This document shows, piece by piece, positions 14,601 through 30,700 of a stretch of 64,000 nt of DNA (positions are counted from its first letter, which is position 1; every line of letters begins with the position of its first letter). Source of the DNA: Eledone cirrhosa (taxonomy: Eukaryota); the NCBI GenBank assembly GCA_964016885.1, contig OZ024741.1:264554001-264618000 (forward strand), in the 5' to 3' direction. The notes beneath the pieces are model-generated. The model ran no database searches, was not told the origin of the DNA, and worked only from the letters and a program-made list of their open reading frames with translations. A program made the translations under genes and the position numbers.

Positions 14601-17600
14601 GTGTGGTAGGTGGTATAGATATACCAGTCCGACAGTGTGGTAAGTTGTATAGTTATACCAGTCCATCAGTGTGGTATGTGGTATAGTTATACCAGTCCCA
14701 CAGCCTGCTATAGTTATACTAGTCCCACAGTGTGGTATAGTTATACCAGTTCGACAGTGTGCTATAGTTATACCAGTCACGCAGTGTGGTATGTGGTATA
14801 GTTATACCAGACCCACAGTGTGGTATAGTCATACTAGACACACAGTGTGGTATGTGGTATAGTTACACCAGACCCGCAGTGTGGTATGTCGTATAGTTAT
14901 ACCAGTCCCACAGTGTGGTATGTGGTATAGTTATACCAGTCCCACAATGTGGTATGTGAAGTAGTTATACCAGTCGCACAGTGAAGTATGTGGTATAGTT
15001 ATGCCAGTTCCACAGTGTGGTATGTGGTATAGTTACACCAGTCCCGCAGTGTGCTATATTTATACCAGTCCCACAGTGGGGTATGTGGTATATTTATACC
15101 AGTCCCACAGTTTCGTATGTGGTATAGTTATACCAGTCCCACAGTGTGGTATGTGGTATAGTCATACCAGTCCCACAGTGGGGTGTGTGGTATATTTACA
15201 CCAGTCCCACAGTGTGGTATGTGGTATAGTTATACCAGTCCCACAGTGTGGTATGTGGTATAGTTATACCAGTTCAACAGTGTGGTATGTGGTATAGTTA
15301 CACCAGACCCACAGTGTGGTATGTGGTATAGTTATACCAGTCCCACAGTGTGGTATGTGGTATAGTTACACCAGACCCACATTGTGATATGTGGTATAGT
15401 TATACCAGACCCAAAGTGTGGTATGTGGTATAGTTATACCGGACTCACAGTGTGGTATAGTTTTACCAGACCCACAGTGTGGTATAGTTATACCAGTCCC
15501 GCAGTGTGGTATGTGATATAGTTATACCAGTCCCACAGTGTGGTATGTGGTATAGTTACACCAGACCCACAGTGTGGTATGTGGTATAGTTATACCAGTC
15601 CCACAGTGTGGTATGTTGCATAGTTATACCAGACCCACAGTGTGGTAAGTTGTATAGTTAAACCAGACCCACAGTATGGTATGTGGTATAGATATACCAG
15701 TTCCACAGTGTGGTATCTGGTATATTTATACCAGTCGCACAGTGTGGTATGTGGTTTACTTACACCAGACCAACAGTGTGGTATGTGGCATCCTTATACC
15801 AGTCTCACAGTGTGCTATAGTTATACCAGACCCACAGTGTGGTATGTGGTATAGTTATATCAGTCCCACAGTGTGCTATAGTTATACCAGTCCCGCAGTG
15901 TGCTATAGTTATACCAGTCCCACAGTGTGGTATGTGGTATAGTTATACCAGACCCACAGTGTGGTATGTGGTATAGTTACACCAGAACCACAGTATGGTA
16001 TGTGGTATAGTTATACCAGTCTCACGGTGTGGTATTTGGTATAGTGATACCAGTCCCACAGTGTGCTATGTGGTTTAGTTACACCAGACCCACAGTGTGG
16101 TATGTTGTATAGTTATACCAGTCCCACAGTGGTATGTGGTATAGTTATACCAGTCCCACAGTGTGGTATAGTTATACCAGTCCCACTGTTTGGTATAGTT
16201 ATACAAGTCCCACAGTGTGGTATGTGGTATAGTTATACCAGCCACACAGTGTGGTCTAGTTATACCAGTCCCACAGTGTGCTATAGTTATACCAGTCCCA
16301 AAGTGTGGTGTGTGGTATAGTTGTACCAGTCTCACAGTGTGGTATGTGGTGTAGTTATACCAGTCCCACTGTGCGGTATGTGGTATAGTTACACCAGTCT
16401 CACAGTGTGGTATATTTATACCAGTCCCACAGTGTGCCATAGTTATACCAGTCCCACAGTGTGGTGTGTGGTATAGTTATACCAGACCCACAGTGTGGTA
16501 TTTGGCATAGTTACACCAGACCCACAGTGTGGTATGCGGTATAGTTATACCAGTCCCACAGTGTGGTATGTGGTATAGTTACACCAGTCTCACAGTATGG
16601 TATGTGGTATAGTTATACCAGTCCCAGAGTGTGTAATGTGCTATAGTTATACCAGTCCCACAGTGTGGTATGTGGTATAGTTATACCAGTCCCACAGTGT
16701 GGTATGTGGTTTAGTGACACCAGTGCCCCAGTGTGGTATATAGTATAGTTATACCAGTCTCCCAGTGTGGTCTGTGGTATAGTTATACCAGTCCCACAGT
16801 GTGGTATGTGGTATAGTTATACCAGGCGCACAGTGTGGTATAATTATACCAGACACACATTGTGGTATGTGGTATAGTTATAACACTTCTACAGTGTGGT
16901 ATGTGGTATAGATATACCAGTCCCACATTGTGGTAAGTTGTATAGTTATACCAGACCCACAGTGTGGTAAGTGGTTAAGTTACACCAGAGTCACAGTGTG
17001 ATATGTGGTATAGTTATACCAGACCCACAGTGTGGTATGTGGTATAGTTATACCAGACCCACAGTGTGGTATCTGTACACTTATACCAGTCCCACAGTGT
17101 GGTATAGTTATACCAGTCCCACAGTATGGTATAGTTATACCAGTCCCACAGTGTGATATGTGGTATAGTTATACGAATCCCACAGTGTGGTATGTGGTGT
17201 AGTTATACCAGTCCCAGTGTGGTATGTGGTATAATTATACCAGTCTCACAGTGTGTATAGTTAAACCAGTCCCACATTGTGTTATAAGGTATAGTTATAC
17301 CAGTCACATAGTGTGGTATGTGGTATAGTTAAAACCAGACCCACAGTATGGTATACGGTATAGTTATACCAGTCCCATAGTGTGGTATGTGGTATACTTA
17401 CACCAGTCTCACAGTTTGGTATGTGGTTTAGTTACACCAGACCCACAGTGTGGTATGTGGTATAGTTATACCAGTTCCACAGTGCTATGTTGTATAGTTA
17501 TACCAGTCCCACAGTGTGGTATGTTCTATATTTATACCAGTCCAACAGTGTGGAGTGTGGTATAGTTAAACCAGTCCCACAGTGTGGTATGTGATATAGT

Positions 17601-18729
17601 TATACCAGCCGCACAGTGTGGTATAATTATACCAGACCCACATTGTGGTATGTGGTATAGTTATAACACATCTACAGTGTGGTATGTGGTATAGATATAC
17701 CAGTCCCACATTGTGGTAAGTTGTATAGTTCTACCAGTCCATCAGTGTGGTATGTGGTATAGTTACACTAGTCTCACAGTTTGGTATAGTTATACGAGTC
17801 CCACAGTGTGGTATGTGGTATAGTTATACCAGTCCCACAACCAGCTATAGTTGTACCAGTCCCACAGTGTGGTATGTTGTATAGTTATCCCAGACCCACA
17901 GTGTGGTATGTGGTATAGTTATTCCTGACCCACAGTGTGGTATCTGGTACACTTATACCAGTCCCACAGTGTGGTATAGTTATACCAGTCCCACAGTGTG
18001 GTATAGTTATACCAGTCCCACAGTGTGATATGTGGTATAGTTATACGAGTCCCACAGTGTGGTATGTAGTATAGTTACACCAGACCCACAGAGTGGTATT
18101 TTGTGTAGTTATACCAGTCCCACATTGTGGTATGTGGTATAGTTATACCAGTCCCACAGTGTGGTAGGTGGTATAGATATACCAGTCCGACAGTGTGGTA
18201 AGTTGTATAGTTATACCAGTCCATCAGTGTGGTATGTGGTATAGTTATACCAGTCCCACAGCCTGCTATAGTTATACTAGTCCCACAGTGTGGTATAGTT
18301 ATACCAGTTCGACAGTGTGCTATAGTTATACCAGTCACGCAGTGTGGTATGTGGTATAGTTATACCAGACCCACAGTGTGGTATAGTCATACTAGACACA
18401 CAGTGTGGTATGTGGTATAGTTACACCAGACCCGCAGTGTGGTATGTCGTATAGTTATACCAGTCCCACAGTGTGGTATGTGGTATAGTTATACCAGTCC
18501 CACAATGTGGTATGTGAAGTAGTTATACCAGTCGCACAGTGAAGTATGTGGTATAGTTATGCCAGTTCCACAGTGTGGTATGTGGTATAGTTACACCAGT
18601 CCCGCAGTGTGCTATATTTATACCAGTCCCACAGTGGGGTATGTGGTATATTTATACCAGTCCCACAGTTTCGTATGTGGTATAGTTATACCAGTCCCAC
18701 AGTGTGGTATGTGGTATAGTCATACCAGT
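11606..18729. repeat. Tandem duplication within the satellite, period 3558 bp
   Basis: Identical translations at 12084/15642, 12517/16075, 13413/16971 and 14517/18075; a diverged partial third copy follows near 19064. Confidence 0.9.
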
Positions 18730-21700
18730 TCAACAGTGTGGTATGTGGTATAGTTACACCAGACCCACAGTGTGGTATGTGGTATAGTTATACCAGTCCC
18801 ACAGTGTGGTATGTGGTATAGTTACACCAGACCCACAGTGTGATATGTGGTATAGTTATACCAGACCCACAGTGTCGTATGTGGTATAGTTATACCGGAC
18901 TCACAGTGTGGTATAGTTTTACCAGACCCACAGTGTGGTATAGTTATACCAGTCCCACAGTGTGGTATGTGATATAGTTATACCAGTCCCACAGTGTGGT
19001 ATGTGGTATAGTTACACCAGACCCACAGTGTGGTATGTTGCATAGTTATACCAGACCCACAGTGTGGTAAGTTGTATAGTTAAACCAGTCCCACAGTATG
19101 GTATGTGGTATAGATATACCAGTTCCACAGTGTGGTATCTGGTATATTTATACCAGTCCCACAGTGTGGTATGTGGTTTACTTACACCAGACCAACAGTG
19201 TGGTATGTGGCATCCTTATACCAGTCTCACAGTGTGCTATAGTTATACCAGACCCACAGTGTGGTATGTGGTATAGTTATATCAGTCCCACAGTGTGCTA
19301 TAGTTATACCAGTCCCGCAGTGTGCTATAGTTATACCAGTCCCACAGTGTGGTATGTGGTATAGTTATACCAGACCCACAGTGTGGTATGTGGTATAGTT
19401 ACACCAGAACCACAGTATGGTGTCTGGTATAGTTATACCAGTCTCACGGTGTGGTATTTGGTATAGTGATACCAGTCCTACAGTGTGGTATATGGTTTAG
19501 TTACACCAGTCCCACAGTGTGGTATGTTGTATAGTTATACCAGTCCCACAGTGCTATGTGGTATAGTTATACCAGTCTCACAGTGTGGTATTGTTATACC
19601 AGTCCCACTGTTTGGTATAGTTATACAAGTCCCACAGTGTGGTATGTGGTATAGTTATACCAGCCACACAGTGTGGTCTAGTTATACCAGTCCCACAGTG
19701 TGCTATAGTTATACCAGTTCCAAAGTGTGGTGTGTGGTATAGTTGTATCAGTCCCACAGTGTGGTATGTGGTGTAGTTATACCAGTCCCACTGTGTGGTA
19801 TGTGGTATAGTTACACCAGTCTCACAGTGTGGTATAGTTATACCAGTCCCACAGTGTGGTATAGTTATTCCAGTCCCACAGTGTGCTATAGTTATACCAG
19901 TCCCACAGTGTGGTATGTGGTATAGTTATACCAGACCCACAGTGTGGTATTTGGTATAGTTACACCAGACCCACAGTGTGGTATGCGGTATAGTTATACC
20001 AGTCCCACAGTGTGGTATGTGGTATAGTTACACCAGTGCCACAGTGTGGTATATATTATAGTTATACCAGTCTCCCAGTGTGGTCTGTGGTATAGTTATA
20101 CCAGTCCCACAGTGTGGTATGTGGTATAGTTATACCAGTTCCATTGTGTGGTATAGTTATACCAGTCCCACAGTGTGGGATGTGCTATAGTTATACCAGT
20201 CCCACAGTGTGGTATGTGGTATAGTGACACCAGCCCCACAGTGTTGTATGTGGTATAGTTATACCAGTCCAACAGTGTGGTATGTGGTATAGTGACACCA
20301 GTGCCACAGTGTGGTATATAGTATAGTTATACCAGTCTCCCAGTGTGGTCTGTGGTATAGTTATACCAATCCCACAGTGTGGTATGTGGTATAGTTATAC
20401 CAGTCTCATAGTGTGGTATAGTTATACCAGTCCCACAGTGTGCTATAGTTATACCAGTCCCACAGTGTGGTATGTTGTATAGTTACACCAGTCCCACAGT
20501 GTGGTATGTGGTATAGTTATACCAGTCCCACAGTGCGCTATAGTTGTACCAGTCCCACAGTGTGCTATAGTTATACCAGTCCCACAGTGTGGTATAGTTA
20601 TACCAGTCCAGCAGTGTGGTATGTGGTATTGTTATACCAGACCTACAGTGTGGTATGTGGTTTACTTACACCAGACCAACAGTGTGGTATGAGGCATACT
20701 TATACCAGTCCCACATTGTGGTATAGTTATACCAGACCCACAGTGTGGTATGTGGTATAGTTATACCAATCCCACAGTGTGATATGTTGTATAGTTACAC
20801 CAGTCCCACAGTATGGTATGTGGTATAGTTATACCAGTCTCACAGTGCGCTATAGTTATACCAGTCCCACAGTGTACTATAGTTATACCAATCCCACAGT
20901 GTGGTATGTGGTATAGTTATATCAAACCCGTGGGTTTGATATGGTATGTGGTATAGTTATACCAGTCCCACAGTGTGATATGTGGTATAGTTATACCAGT
21001 CCCACAGTGTGGTATGTGGTTTAGTTACACCAGACCCACAGTGTGGTATGTTGTATAGTTATACCAGTTCCACAGTGATATGTGTGTAGTTATACCAGTC
21101 CCACAGTGTGGTATAGTTATACCAGTCCCACAGCGTTGTATAGTTCTACAAGTCCCACAGTGTGGTATGTGGTATAATTATACCAGCCACACAGTGTGAT
21201 ATAGTTATACCAGTCCCACAGTGTGCTACAGTTATACAAGTCCCAAAGTTTGGTGTGTGGTATAGTTAAACCAGTCCCACAGTGTGGTATGTGGTGTAGT
21301 TCTACCAGTCTCACGGTGTGGTATGTGGTAGTGTTATACCAGTCCCACAGTGTGGTTAGTGGTATAGTTATACCAGCCCCACAGTGTTGTATAATTATAC
21401 CATACCCATATTGTGGTATGTGCTATAATTATACCAGTCCTACAGTGTGGTATGTGGTATAGATATACCAGTCAGACAGTGTGGTAAGTTGTATAGTTCT
21501 ACCAGTCTATCAGTGTGGTATGTGGTATAGTTCCACTAGTCCCACAGTGTGGTATAGTTATACCAGTCCCACAGTCTGGTATGTGGTATAGTTATACCAG
21601 TCCGACAGTGTGGTATAGTTATACCAGACCCACAGTGTGGTATGTGGTATTGTTATACCAGTCCCACAGTGTCGTATGTGGTATAGATATACCAGTTCCA

Positions 21701-24700
21701 CAGTGGTATGTTGTATAGTTATACCAGTCCCACAGTGTGGTATGTACCATAGTTATACCAGTCCAACAGTGTGGTGTGTGGTATAGTTAAACCAGTCCCA
21801 CAGTGTGGTATGTGGTATAGTTATACCAGCCGCACAGTGTGGTATAATTATACCAGACCCACATTGTGGTATGTGGTATAGTTATAACACTTCTACAGTG
21901 TGGTATGTGGTATAGATATACCAGTCCCACATTGTGGTAAGTTGTATAGTTCTACCAGTCCATCAGTGTGGTATGTGGTATAGTTACACTGGTCTCACAG
22001 TGTGGTATAGTTATACCAGTCCCACAGCCAGCTATAGTTGTACCAGTCCCACAGTGTGGTATGTTGTATAGTTATACCAGACCCACAGTGTGGTAAGTGG
22101 TTAAGTTACACCAGACCCACAGTGTGATATGTGGTATAGTTATACCAGACCCACAGTGTGGTATGTGGTATAGTTATACCAGACCCACAGTGTAGTATCT
22201 GTACACTTATACCAATCCCACAGTGTGGTATAGTTATACCAGTCCCACAGTGTGGTATAGTTATACCAGTCCCACAGTGTGATATGTGGTATAGTTATAC
22301 GAGTCCCACAGTGTGGTATGTGGTGTAGTTATACCAGTCCCAGTGTGGTATAATTATACCAGTCTCACAGTGTGTATAGTTACACCACTCCCACATTGAT
22401 GTATAAGGTATAGTTATACCAGTCACACAGTGTGGTATGTGGTATAGTTAAAACCAGACCACAGTATGGTATACGGTATAGTTATACCAGTCCCATAGTG
22501 TGGTATGTGGTATACTTACACCAGATTCACAGTTTGGTATGTGGTATAGTTATAGCAGTCCAACAGTGTGGTATGTGGTTTAGTTACACCAGACCCACAG
22601 TGTGGTATGTGGTATAGTTATACCAGTTCCACAGTGGTATGTTGTATAGTTATACCAGTCCCACAGTGTGGTATGTGCTATAGTTATACCAGTCCAACAG
22701 TGTGATGTGTGGTATAGTTAAACCAGTCCCACAGTGTGGTATGTGGTATAGTTATACCAGCCGCACAGTGTGGTATAACTATACCAGACCCACATTGTGG
22801 TATATGGTATAGTTATAACACTTCTACAGTGTGGTATGTGGTATAGATATACCAGTCCCACATTGTGGTAAGTTGTATAGTTCTACCAGTCCATCAGTGT
22901 GGTATGTGGTATAGTTACATTAGTCTCACAGTGTGGTATAGTTATACGAGTCCCACAGTGTGGTATGTGGTATAGTTATACCAGTCCCACAGCCAGCTAT
23001 AGTTGTACCAGTCCCACAGTGTGGTATGTCGTATATTTATACCAGACCCACAGTGTGGTAAGTGGTTAAGTTACACCAGACCCACAGTGTGATATGTGGT
23101 ATAGTTATACCAGACCCACAGTGTGGTATGTGGTATAGTTATACCAGACCCACAGTGTGGTATCTGGTACACTTATACCAGTCCCACAGTGTGGTATAGT
23201 TATACAAGTCCCACAGTGTGGTATAGTTATACCAGACCCACACTGTGGTATTTGGTATAGTTATACCAGTCCCACAGTGTGGTAGGTGGTATAATTATAC
23301 CAGTCCGACAGTGTGGTAAGTTGTATAGTTATACTAGTCCATCAGTGTGGTATGTGGTATAGTTATACCAGACCCACAGTGTGGTATCTGGTACACTTAT
23401 ACCAGTCCCACAGCCTGCTATAGTTATACTAGTCCCACAGTGTGGTATAGTTATACCAGTTCGACAGCGTGCTATAGTAATACCAGTCACGCAGTGTGGT
23501 ATGTGGTATAGTTATACCAGAACCACAGTGTGGTATAGTTATACTAGACACACAGTGTGGTATGTGGTATAGTTACACCAGACCCGCAGTGTGGTATGTC
23601 GTATAGTTATACCAGTCCCACAGTGTGGTATGTGGTATAGTTATATCAGTCCCACAATGTGGTATGTGAAGTAGTTATACCAGTACCACAGTGAAGTATG
23701 TGGTATAGTTATGCCAGTTCCACAGTGTGGTATGTGGTATAGTTACACCAGTCCCACAGTGTGCTATATTTATACCAGTCCCACAGTGTGGTATGTGGTA
23801 TAGTTATACCAGTCCCACAGTGTGGTATGTGGTATAGTTACACCAGACCCACAGTGTGATATGTGGTATAGTTATACCAGACCCACAGTGTGGTATGTGG
23901 TATAGTTATACCAGACCCACAGTGTGGTATGTGGTATAGTTATACCAGACCCACAGTGTGGTATAGTTTTACCAGACCCACAGTGTGGTATAGTTATACC
24001 AGTCCCGCAGTGTGGTATGTGATATAGTTATACCAGTCCCACAGTGTGGTATGTGGTATAATTACACCAGACCCACAGTGTGGTATGTGGTATAGTTGTA
24101 CCAGTCCCACAGTGTGGTATGTTGTATAGTTATACCAGATCCACAGTGTGGTAAGTGGTTAAGTTACACCAGACCCACAGTGTGATATGTGGTATAGTTA
24201 TACCAGACCCACAGTGTGCTATGTGGTATAGTTATACCAGACCAACAGTGTGGTATGTGGTACGCTTATACCAGTCCCACAGTGTGATATAGTTATACCA
24301 GTCCAACAGTGTGGTATAGTTATACCAGTCCCACAGTGTGGTATGTGGTATAGTTATACGAGTCCCACAGTGTGGTATGTAGTATAGATACACCAGACCC
24401 ACAGAGTGGTATGTTGTATAGTTATACCACTCCCACTGTGTGGTAGGTGGTATAGCTATAACAGTCCGACAGTGTGGTAAGTTGTATAGTTATATCAGTC
24501 CATCACTGTGGTATGTGGTATAGTTACACTAGTCTCACAGTGTGTTATAGTTATACCAGTCCCACAGTGTGGTATGTGGTATAGTTATACCAGTCCCACA
24601 GTGTGGTATAGTTATACCAGTCCGACAGTGTGCTATATTTATACCATACCCACAGTGTGGTATGTGGTTAAGTTACACCAGACCCACAGTGTGGGATGTG

Positions 24701-27700
24701 GTATAGTTATACCAAACCCACAGTGTGGTATGCGGTACACTTTTACCAGTCGCACAGTGTGGTATGTGGTGTAGTTATACCAGTCCCACAGTGAAGTATG
24801 TGGTATAGTTATGCCAGTCCCACAGTGTGCTATAATTATACCAGTCCCACAGTGTGGTGTGTGGTATAGTTAAACCAGTCCCACAGTGTGCTCTGTGGTG
24901 TAGTTATACCAGTTCCACATTGTGGTATGTGGTACAGTTATACCAGTCCCACAGTGTGGTAAGTGGTATAGTTATACCAGCCCCACAGTGTGGTAAAATT
25001 ATACCATACCCACATTGTGGTATGTGCTATAATTATACCAGTCCTACAGTGTGGTATGTGGTATAGATTTACCAGTCCGACAGTGTGGTATGTGATATAG
25101 TTATACCAGTCCATCAGTGTGGTATGTGGTATAGTTACACTAGTCCCACCGTGTGGTATAGTTATACCAGTCCCGCAGTGTGGTATGTGGCATAGTTATA
25201 CCAGTCCCACAGTCTGCTATAGTTATACCAGTCCGACAGTGTAGTATGTGGTATAGTTATACCAGTCCGACCGTTTTGTGTAGTTATAACAGTCCAACAG
25301 TGTGATATGTGGTATAGTTATACCAGACCCATAGTGTGGTAAGTGGTATAGTCACACCAGTCCCACAGTGTGGTATGTGGGATAGTTATGCCAGACCCAC
25401 AGTGTCGTATGTGGTATAGTTATATCAGTCCCACAGTGTGGTATGTGGTATAGTTATACCAGTCCCACAGTGTGCTATAGTTATACCAGTCGCACAGAGT
25501 GGTATGTGGTATAGTTAAACCAGTCTCACAGTGTGGTATGTGGTATAGTTATACCAGTCCCACAGTGTGGTATGTGGTATAGTTATACGAGTCCCACAGT
25601 GTTGTATGTGGTGTAGTTATACCAGTCTCAGTGTGGTATGTGGTATAATTATACCAGTCTCACAGTGTGTATAGTTACACCAGTCCCACATTGGGGTATA
25701 TGGTATAGTTATACCAGTCACACAGTGTGGTATGTGGTATAGTTAAAACCAGACCCACAGTATGGTATACGGTATAGTTATACCAGTCCCATAGTGTAGT
25801 ATGTGGTATAGTTACACCAGTCTCACAGTGGTATGTGGTATAGTTATACCAGTCCCACAGTGTGGGATGTGCTATAGTTAAACCAGTCCCACAGTGTGGT
25901 ATGTGGTATAGTTATACCAGCCCCACAGTGTGGTATAATTATACCAGACCCACATTGTGGTATGTGGTATAGTTATAACAGTTCTACAGTGTGGTATGTG
26001 GTATAGATATACCAGTCCCACATTGTGGTAAGTTGTATAGTTATACCAGTCCATCAGTGGTGTATGTGGTATAGTAACACTAGTCCCACAGTGAAGTATG
26101 TGGTATAGTTATACCAGTCACACAATGTGGTATGTGAAGTAGTTATACCAGTCCCACAGTGAAGTATGTGGTATAGTTACACCAGTCCCACAGTGTGCTA
26201 TAGTTATACCAGTCCCACAGTGTGGTATGTGGTATAGTTATACCAGTCCCCCAGTGTGGTATGTGGTATAGTTATACCAGTCCCACTGTGTGCTATATTT
26301 ATACCAGTCCCAGAGTGGGGTATGTGGTATATTTATACCAGTCCCACAGTGTGGTATGTGGTATAGTTATACCAGTCCCACAGTGTGGTATGTGGTATAG
26401 TTATACCAGTCCCACAGTGTGGTATGTGGTATAGTTATACCCGTCCCACAGTGTGGTATGTGGTACAGGTATACCAGACCCACAGTGTGGTATAGTTTTA
26501 CTAGACGCACAGTGTGGTATAGTTATACCAGTTACGCAGTGTGGTATGTGATATAGTTATACCAATCCCACAGTGTGGTATGTGGTATAGTTATACCAGA
26601 CCCACAGTGTGGTATGTGATATAGTTATACCAGTCACACAGTGTGGTATGTGGTATAGTTACACCAGACCCACAGTGTGGTATGTGGTATAGTTATACCA
26701 GTCCCACAGTGTGGTATGTTGTATAGTTATACCAGACCCACGGTGTGGTAAGTGGTTAAGTTACACCAGACCCACAGTGTGATATGTGGTATAGTTTTAC
26801 CAGAGCCACAGTGGTATGTGGTATAGTTATACCAGACCCACAATGTGGTATGTGGTACACTTGTACCAGTCCCACAGTGTGGTATAGTTATACTAGTCCC
26901 ACAGTGTGGTATAGTTATACCAGTCCCACAGTATGGTATGTTGTATAGTTATACCAGTCTCACACTGTGGTATGTGGTATAGTTATACCAGTCCCACTGT
27001 GTAGTAGGTGGTATAGATATACCAGTCCGACAGTGTGTTAAGTTGTATAGTTATATCAGTCCATCACTGTGGCATGTGGTATAGTTACACTAGTCTCACA
27101 GTGTTATATAGTTATACCAGTCCCACAGTGTGGTATGTGGTATAGTTATACCAGTCCCACTGTCTGCTATAGTTATACCAGTCCCACAGTGTGGTATAGT
27201 TATACCAGTCCGACAGTGTGCTATAGTTATACCAGTCCCACAGTGTGGTATGTTGTATAGTTATACCAGACCCACAGTGTGGTATGTGGTACACTTGTAC
27301 TAGTCCCACAGTGTGGTATGTGGTGTAGTTATACCAGTCCCACAGTGAAGTATGTGGTATAGTTATGCCAGTCCCACAGTGTGCTATAATTATACCAGTT
27401 CCACAGTGTGGTGTGTGGTATAGTTAAACCAGTCCCCCAGTGTGGTATGTGGTATAGTTATACCAGTCCCACAGTGTGGTATGTGGTATAGTTACCCCAG
27501 ACCCACAGTGTGGTATGTGTTATAGTTATACTAGTCCCACAGTGTGGTATGTGGTATACTTATACCAGTCCCACAATGTGGTATGTGGTTTAGTTATACC
27601 AGCCCCACAGTGAAGTATGTGGTATAGTTATGCCAGTCCCACAGTGTGCTATAATTATACCAGTCCCACAGTGTTGTGTGTGGTATAGTTAAACCAGTCC

Positions 27701-30700
27701 CACAGTGTGGTATGTGGTATAGTTATACCAGCCCCGCAGTGTGGTATAATTATACCAGACACACATTGTGGTATGTGGTATAGTTATACCGGTCCATCAG
27801 TGTGGTATGTGGTATAGTTACACTAGTCTCACAGTATGGTATAGTTATACCAGTCCCACAGTGTGGTATGTGGTATAGTTATACCAGTCCGACAGTGTGG
27901 TAAGTTCTATAGTTATACCAGTCCATCAGTGTGGTATGTGGTATAGTTACACTAGTCTCACAGTGTGGTGTAGTTATACCAGTCCCACAGTGTGGTATGT
28001 GGTATAGTTATACCAGTCCCACAGCCTGCTATAGTTATACCAGTACCACAGTGTGGTATAGTTATACCAGTCCGACAGTGTGCTATAGTTATACCAGTCC
28101 CACAGTGTGGTATGTTGTATAGTTATATCAGACCCACAGTGTGGTACATGGTTAAGTTACACCAGACCCACAGTGTGGTATGTTCTATAGTTATACCAGA
28201 CCCACAGTGTGATATGTGGTATAGTTATACCAGACCTACAGTGTGGTATGTGGTACACTTATACCACTCCCACAGTGTGGTATAGTTTTACCACTCCCAC
28301 AGTGTGGTATGTGGTATAGTTATATCAGTCCCACATTGTGGTATGTTGTATAGTTATACCAGTTCCACACTGTGGTATGTGGTATATTTATACCAGTCCC
28401 ACGTGTGGTAGATGGTATAGGTATATCAGTCTACAGTGTGGTAAGTTGTATAGTTATACCAGTCCATCAGTGTGGTATGTGGTATAGTCACACTAGTCCC
28501 ACAGTGTGGTATGTGGTATAGGTATACCAGTCCCACGGTGTGGTATAGTTTTACCAGACCCACAGTGTGGTATAGTTATACCAGTCCCGCAGTGTGGTAT
28601 GTGGTATAGTTATATCAGTCCCACATTGTGGTATGTTGTATAGTTATACCAGTTCCACACTGTGGTATGTGGTATATTTATACCAGTCCCACGTGTGGTA
28701 GATGGTATAGGTATATCAGTCTACAGTGTGGTAAGTTGTATAGTTATACCAGTCCATCAGTGTGGTATGTGGTATAGTCACACTAGTCCCACAGTGTGGT
28801 ATGTGGTATAGGTATACCAGTCCCACGGTGTGGTATAGTTTTACCAGACCCACAGTGTGGTATAGTTATACCAGTCCCGCAGTGTGGTATGTGGTATAGT
28901 TATACCAGTCCCACAGTGTGGTATAGTTATACCAGACCCACAGTGTGGTATGTGGTATAGTTATACCATTCACACAGTGTGGTATGTCGTATAGTTCCAC
29001 CAGACCCACAGTGTGATATGTGGTATAGTTATACCAGTCCCACAGTGTGGTATGTGGTATAGATATACCAGTCCGACGTGTGGTAAGTTGTATAGTTATA
29101 CCAGTCCATCAGTGTGGTATGTGGTATAGTTACACTAGTCTCACAGTGTGGTATAGTTATACCAGTCCCACATTGTGGTATATAGTATAGTTATACCATT
29201 CCCAAAGTCTGCTATAGTTATACCAGTCCCACAGTGTGGTATAGTTACACCAGTCCGACAGTGTGCTATAGTTATACCAGTCCCACAGCATGGTATGTGG
29301 TATAGTTATACCAGACCCACAGTGTGGTATGTGGTTTAGTTACACCAGACCCACAGTGTGGTATGTGGTACACTTATACCAGTCCCACAGTGTGGTATGT
29401 GGTATAGTTATACCAGCCCATCAGTGTGGTATATGGTATAGTTACACTAGTCCCACAGTTTGATATGTGGTATAGTTATACCAGTCCCACAGTGTGGTAT
29501 GTGGTATAGGTATACCACACCCACAGTGTGGTATAGTTTTACCAGACCCACAGTGTGGTATAGTTATGCCAGTCCCGCAGTGTGGTATGTGATATAGTTA
29601 TAACAGTCGCACAGTGTGGTATGTGGTATAGTTACACCAGACCCACAGTGTGGTATGTGGTATAGTTATACCAGTCCCACAGTGGTATGTGGTATAGTTA
29701 TACCAGTCCCACAATGTGGTATGTGGTTTCGTTATACCAGTCCCACAGTCAAGTATGTGGTATAGTTCTGCCAGTCCCACAGTGTGGTATGTGGTATACT
29801 TACAGCAGTCCCACAGTGTGCTATAATTATACCAGTCCCACAGTGTGGGATGTGGTATAGTTACACCAGTCCCACAGTGTGCTATAGTTATACCAGTCCC
29901 ACAGTGTGGTATGTGGTATAGTTATACCAGTCCCCGAGGGTGGTATGTGGTATAGTTATACCAGTCCCACAGTGTGCTATATTTATACCAGTCCCAATGG
30001 GTGGTATGTGGTATATTTATACCAATCCCACAGTGTGGTATATTTTATAGTTATACCAGTCCCACGGTGTTGTATAGTTATACCAGTCCCACAGTGTGTT
30101 ATGTGGTATAGTTATACCAGTCCCACAGTGTGCTATAGTTATACCAGTCCCACAGTGTGCTATAGTTATATCAGTCCCACAGTGTGGTATGTGGTATAGT
30201 TATACCAGTCCCACAGTGTGGTATGTGGTATAGTTACCCCAGACCCACAGTGTGGTATGTGTTATAGTTATACTAGTCCCACAGTGTGGTATGTGGTATA
30301 CTTATACCAGTCCCACAATGTGGTATGTGGTTTAGTTATACCAGCCCCACAGTGAAGTATGTGGTATAGTTATGCCAGTCCCACAGTGTGCTATAATTAT
30401 ACCAGTCCCACAGTGTTGTGTGTGGTATAGTTAAACCAGTCCCACAATGTGGTATGTGGTATAGTTATATCAGCCCCGCAGTGTGGTATAATTATACCAG
30501 ACAGACATTGTGGTATGTGGTATAGTTATACCGGTTCTACAGTGTGGTAAGTTCTATAGTTATACCAGTCCATCAGTGTGGTATGTGGTATAGTTACACT
30601 AGTCTCACAGTGTGGTATAGTTATACCAGTCCCACAGTGTGGTATGTGGTATAGTTATACCAGTCCGACAGTGTGGTAAGTTCTATAGTTATACCAGTCC

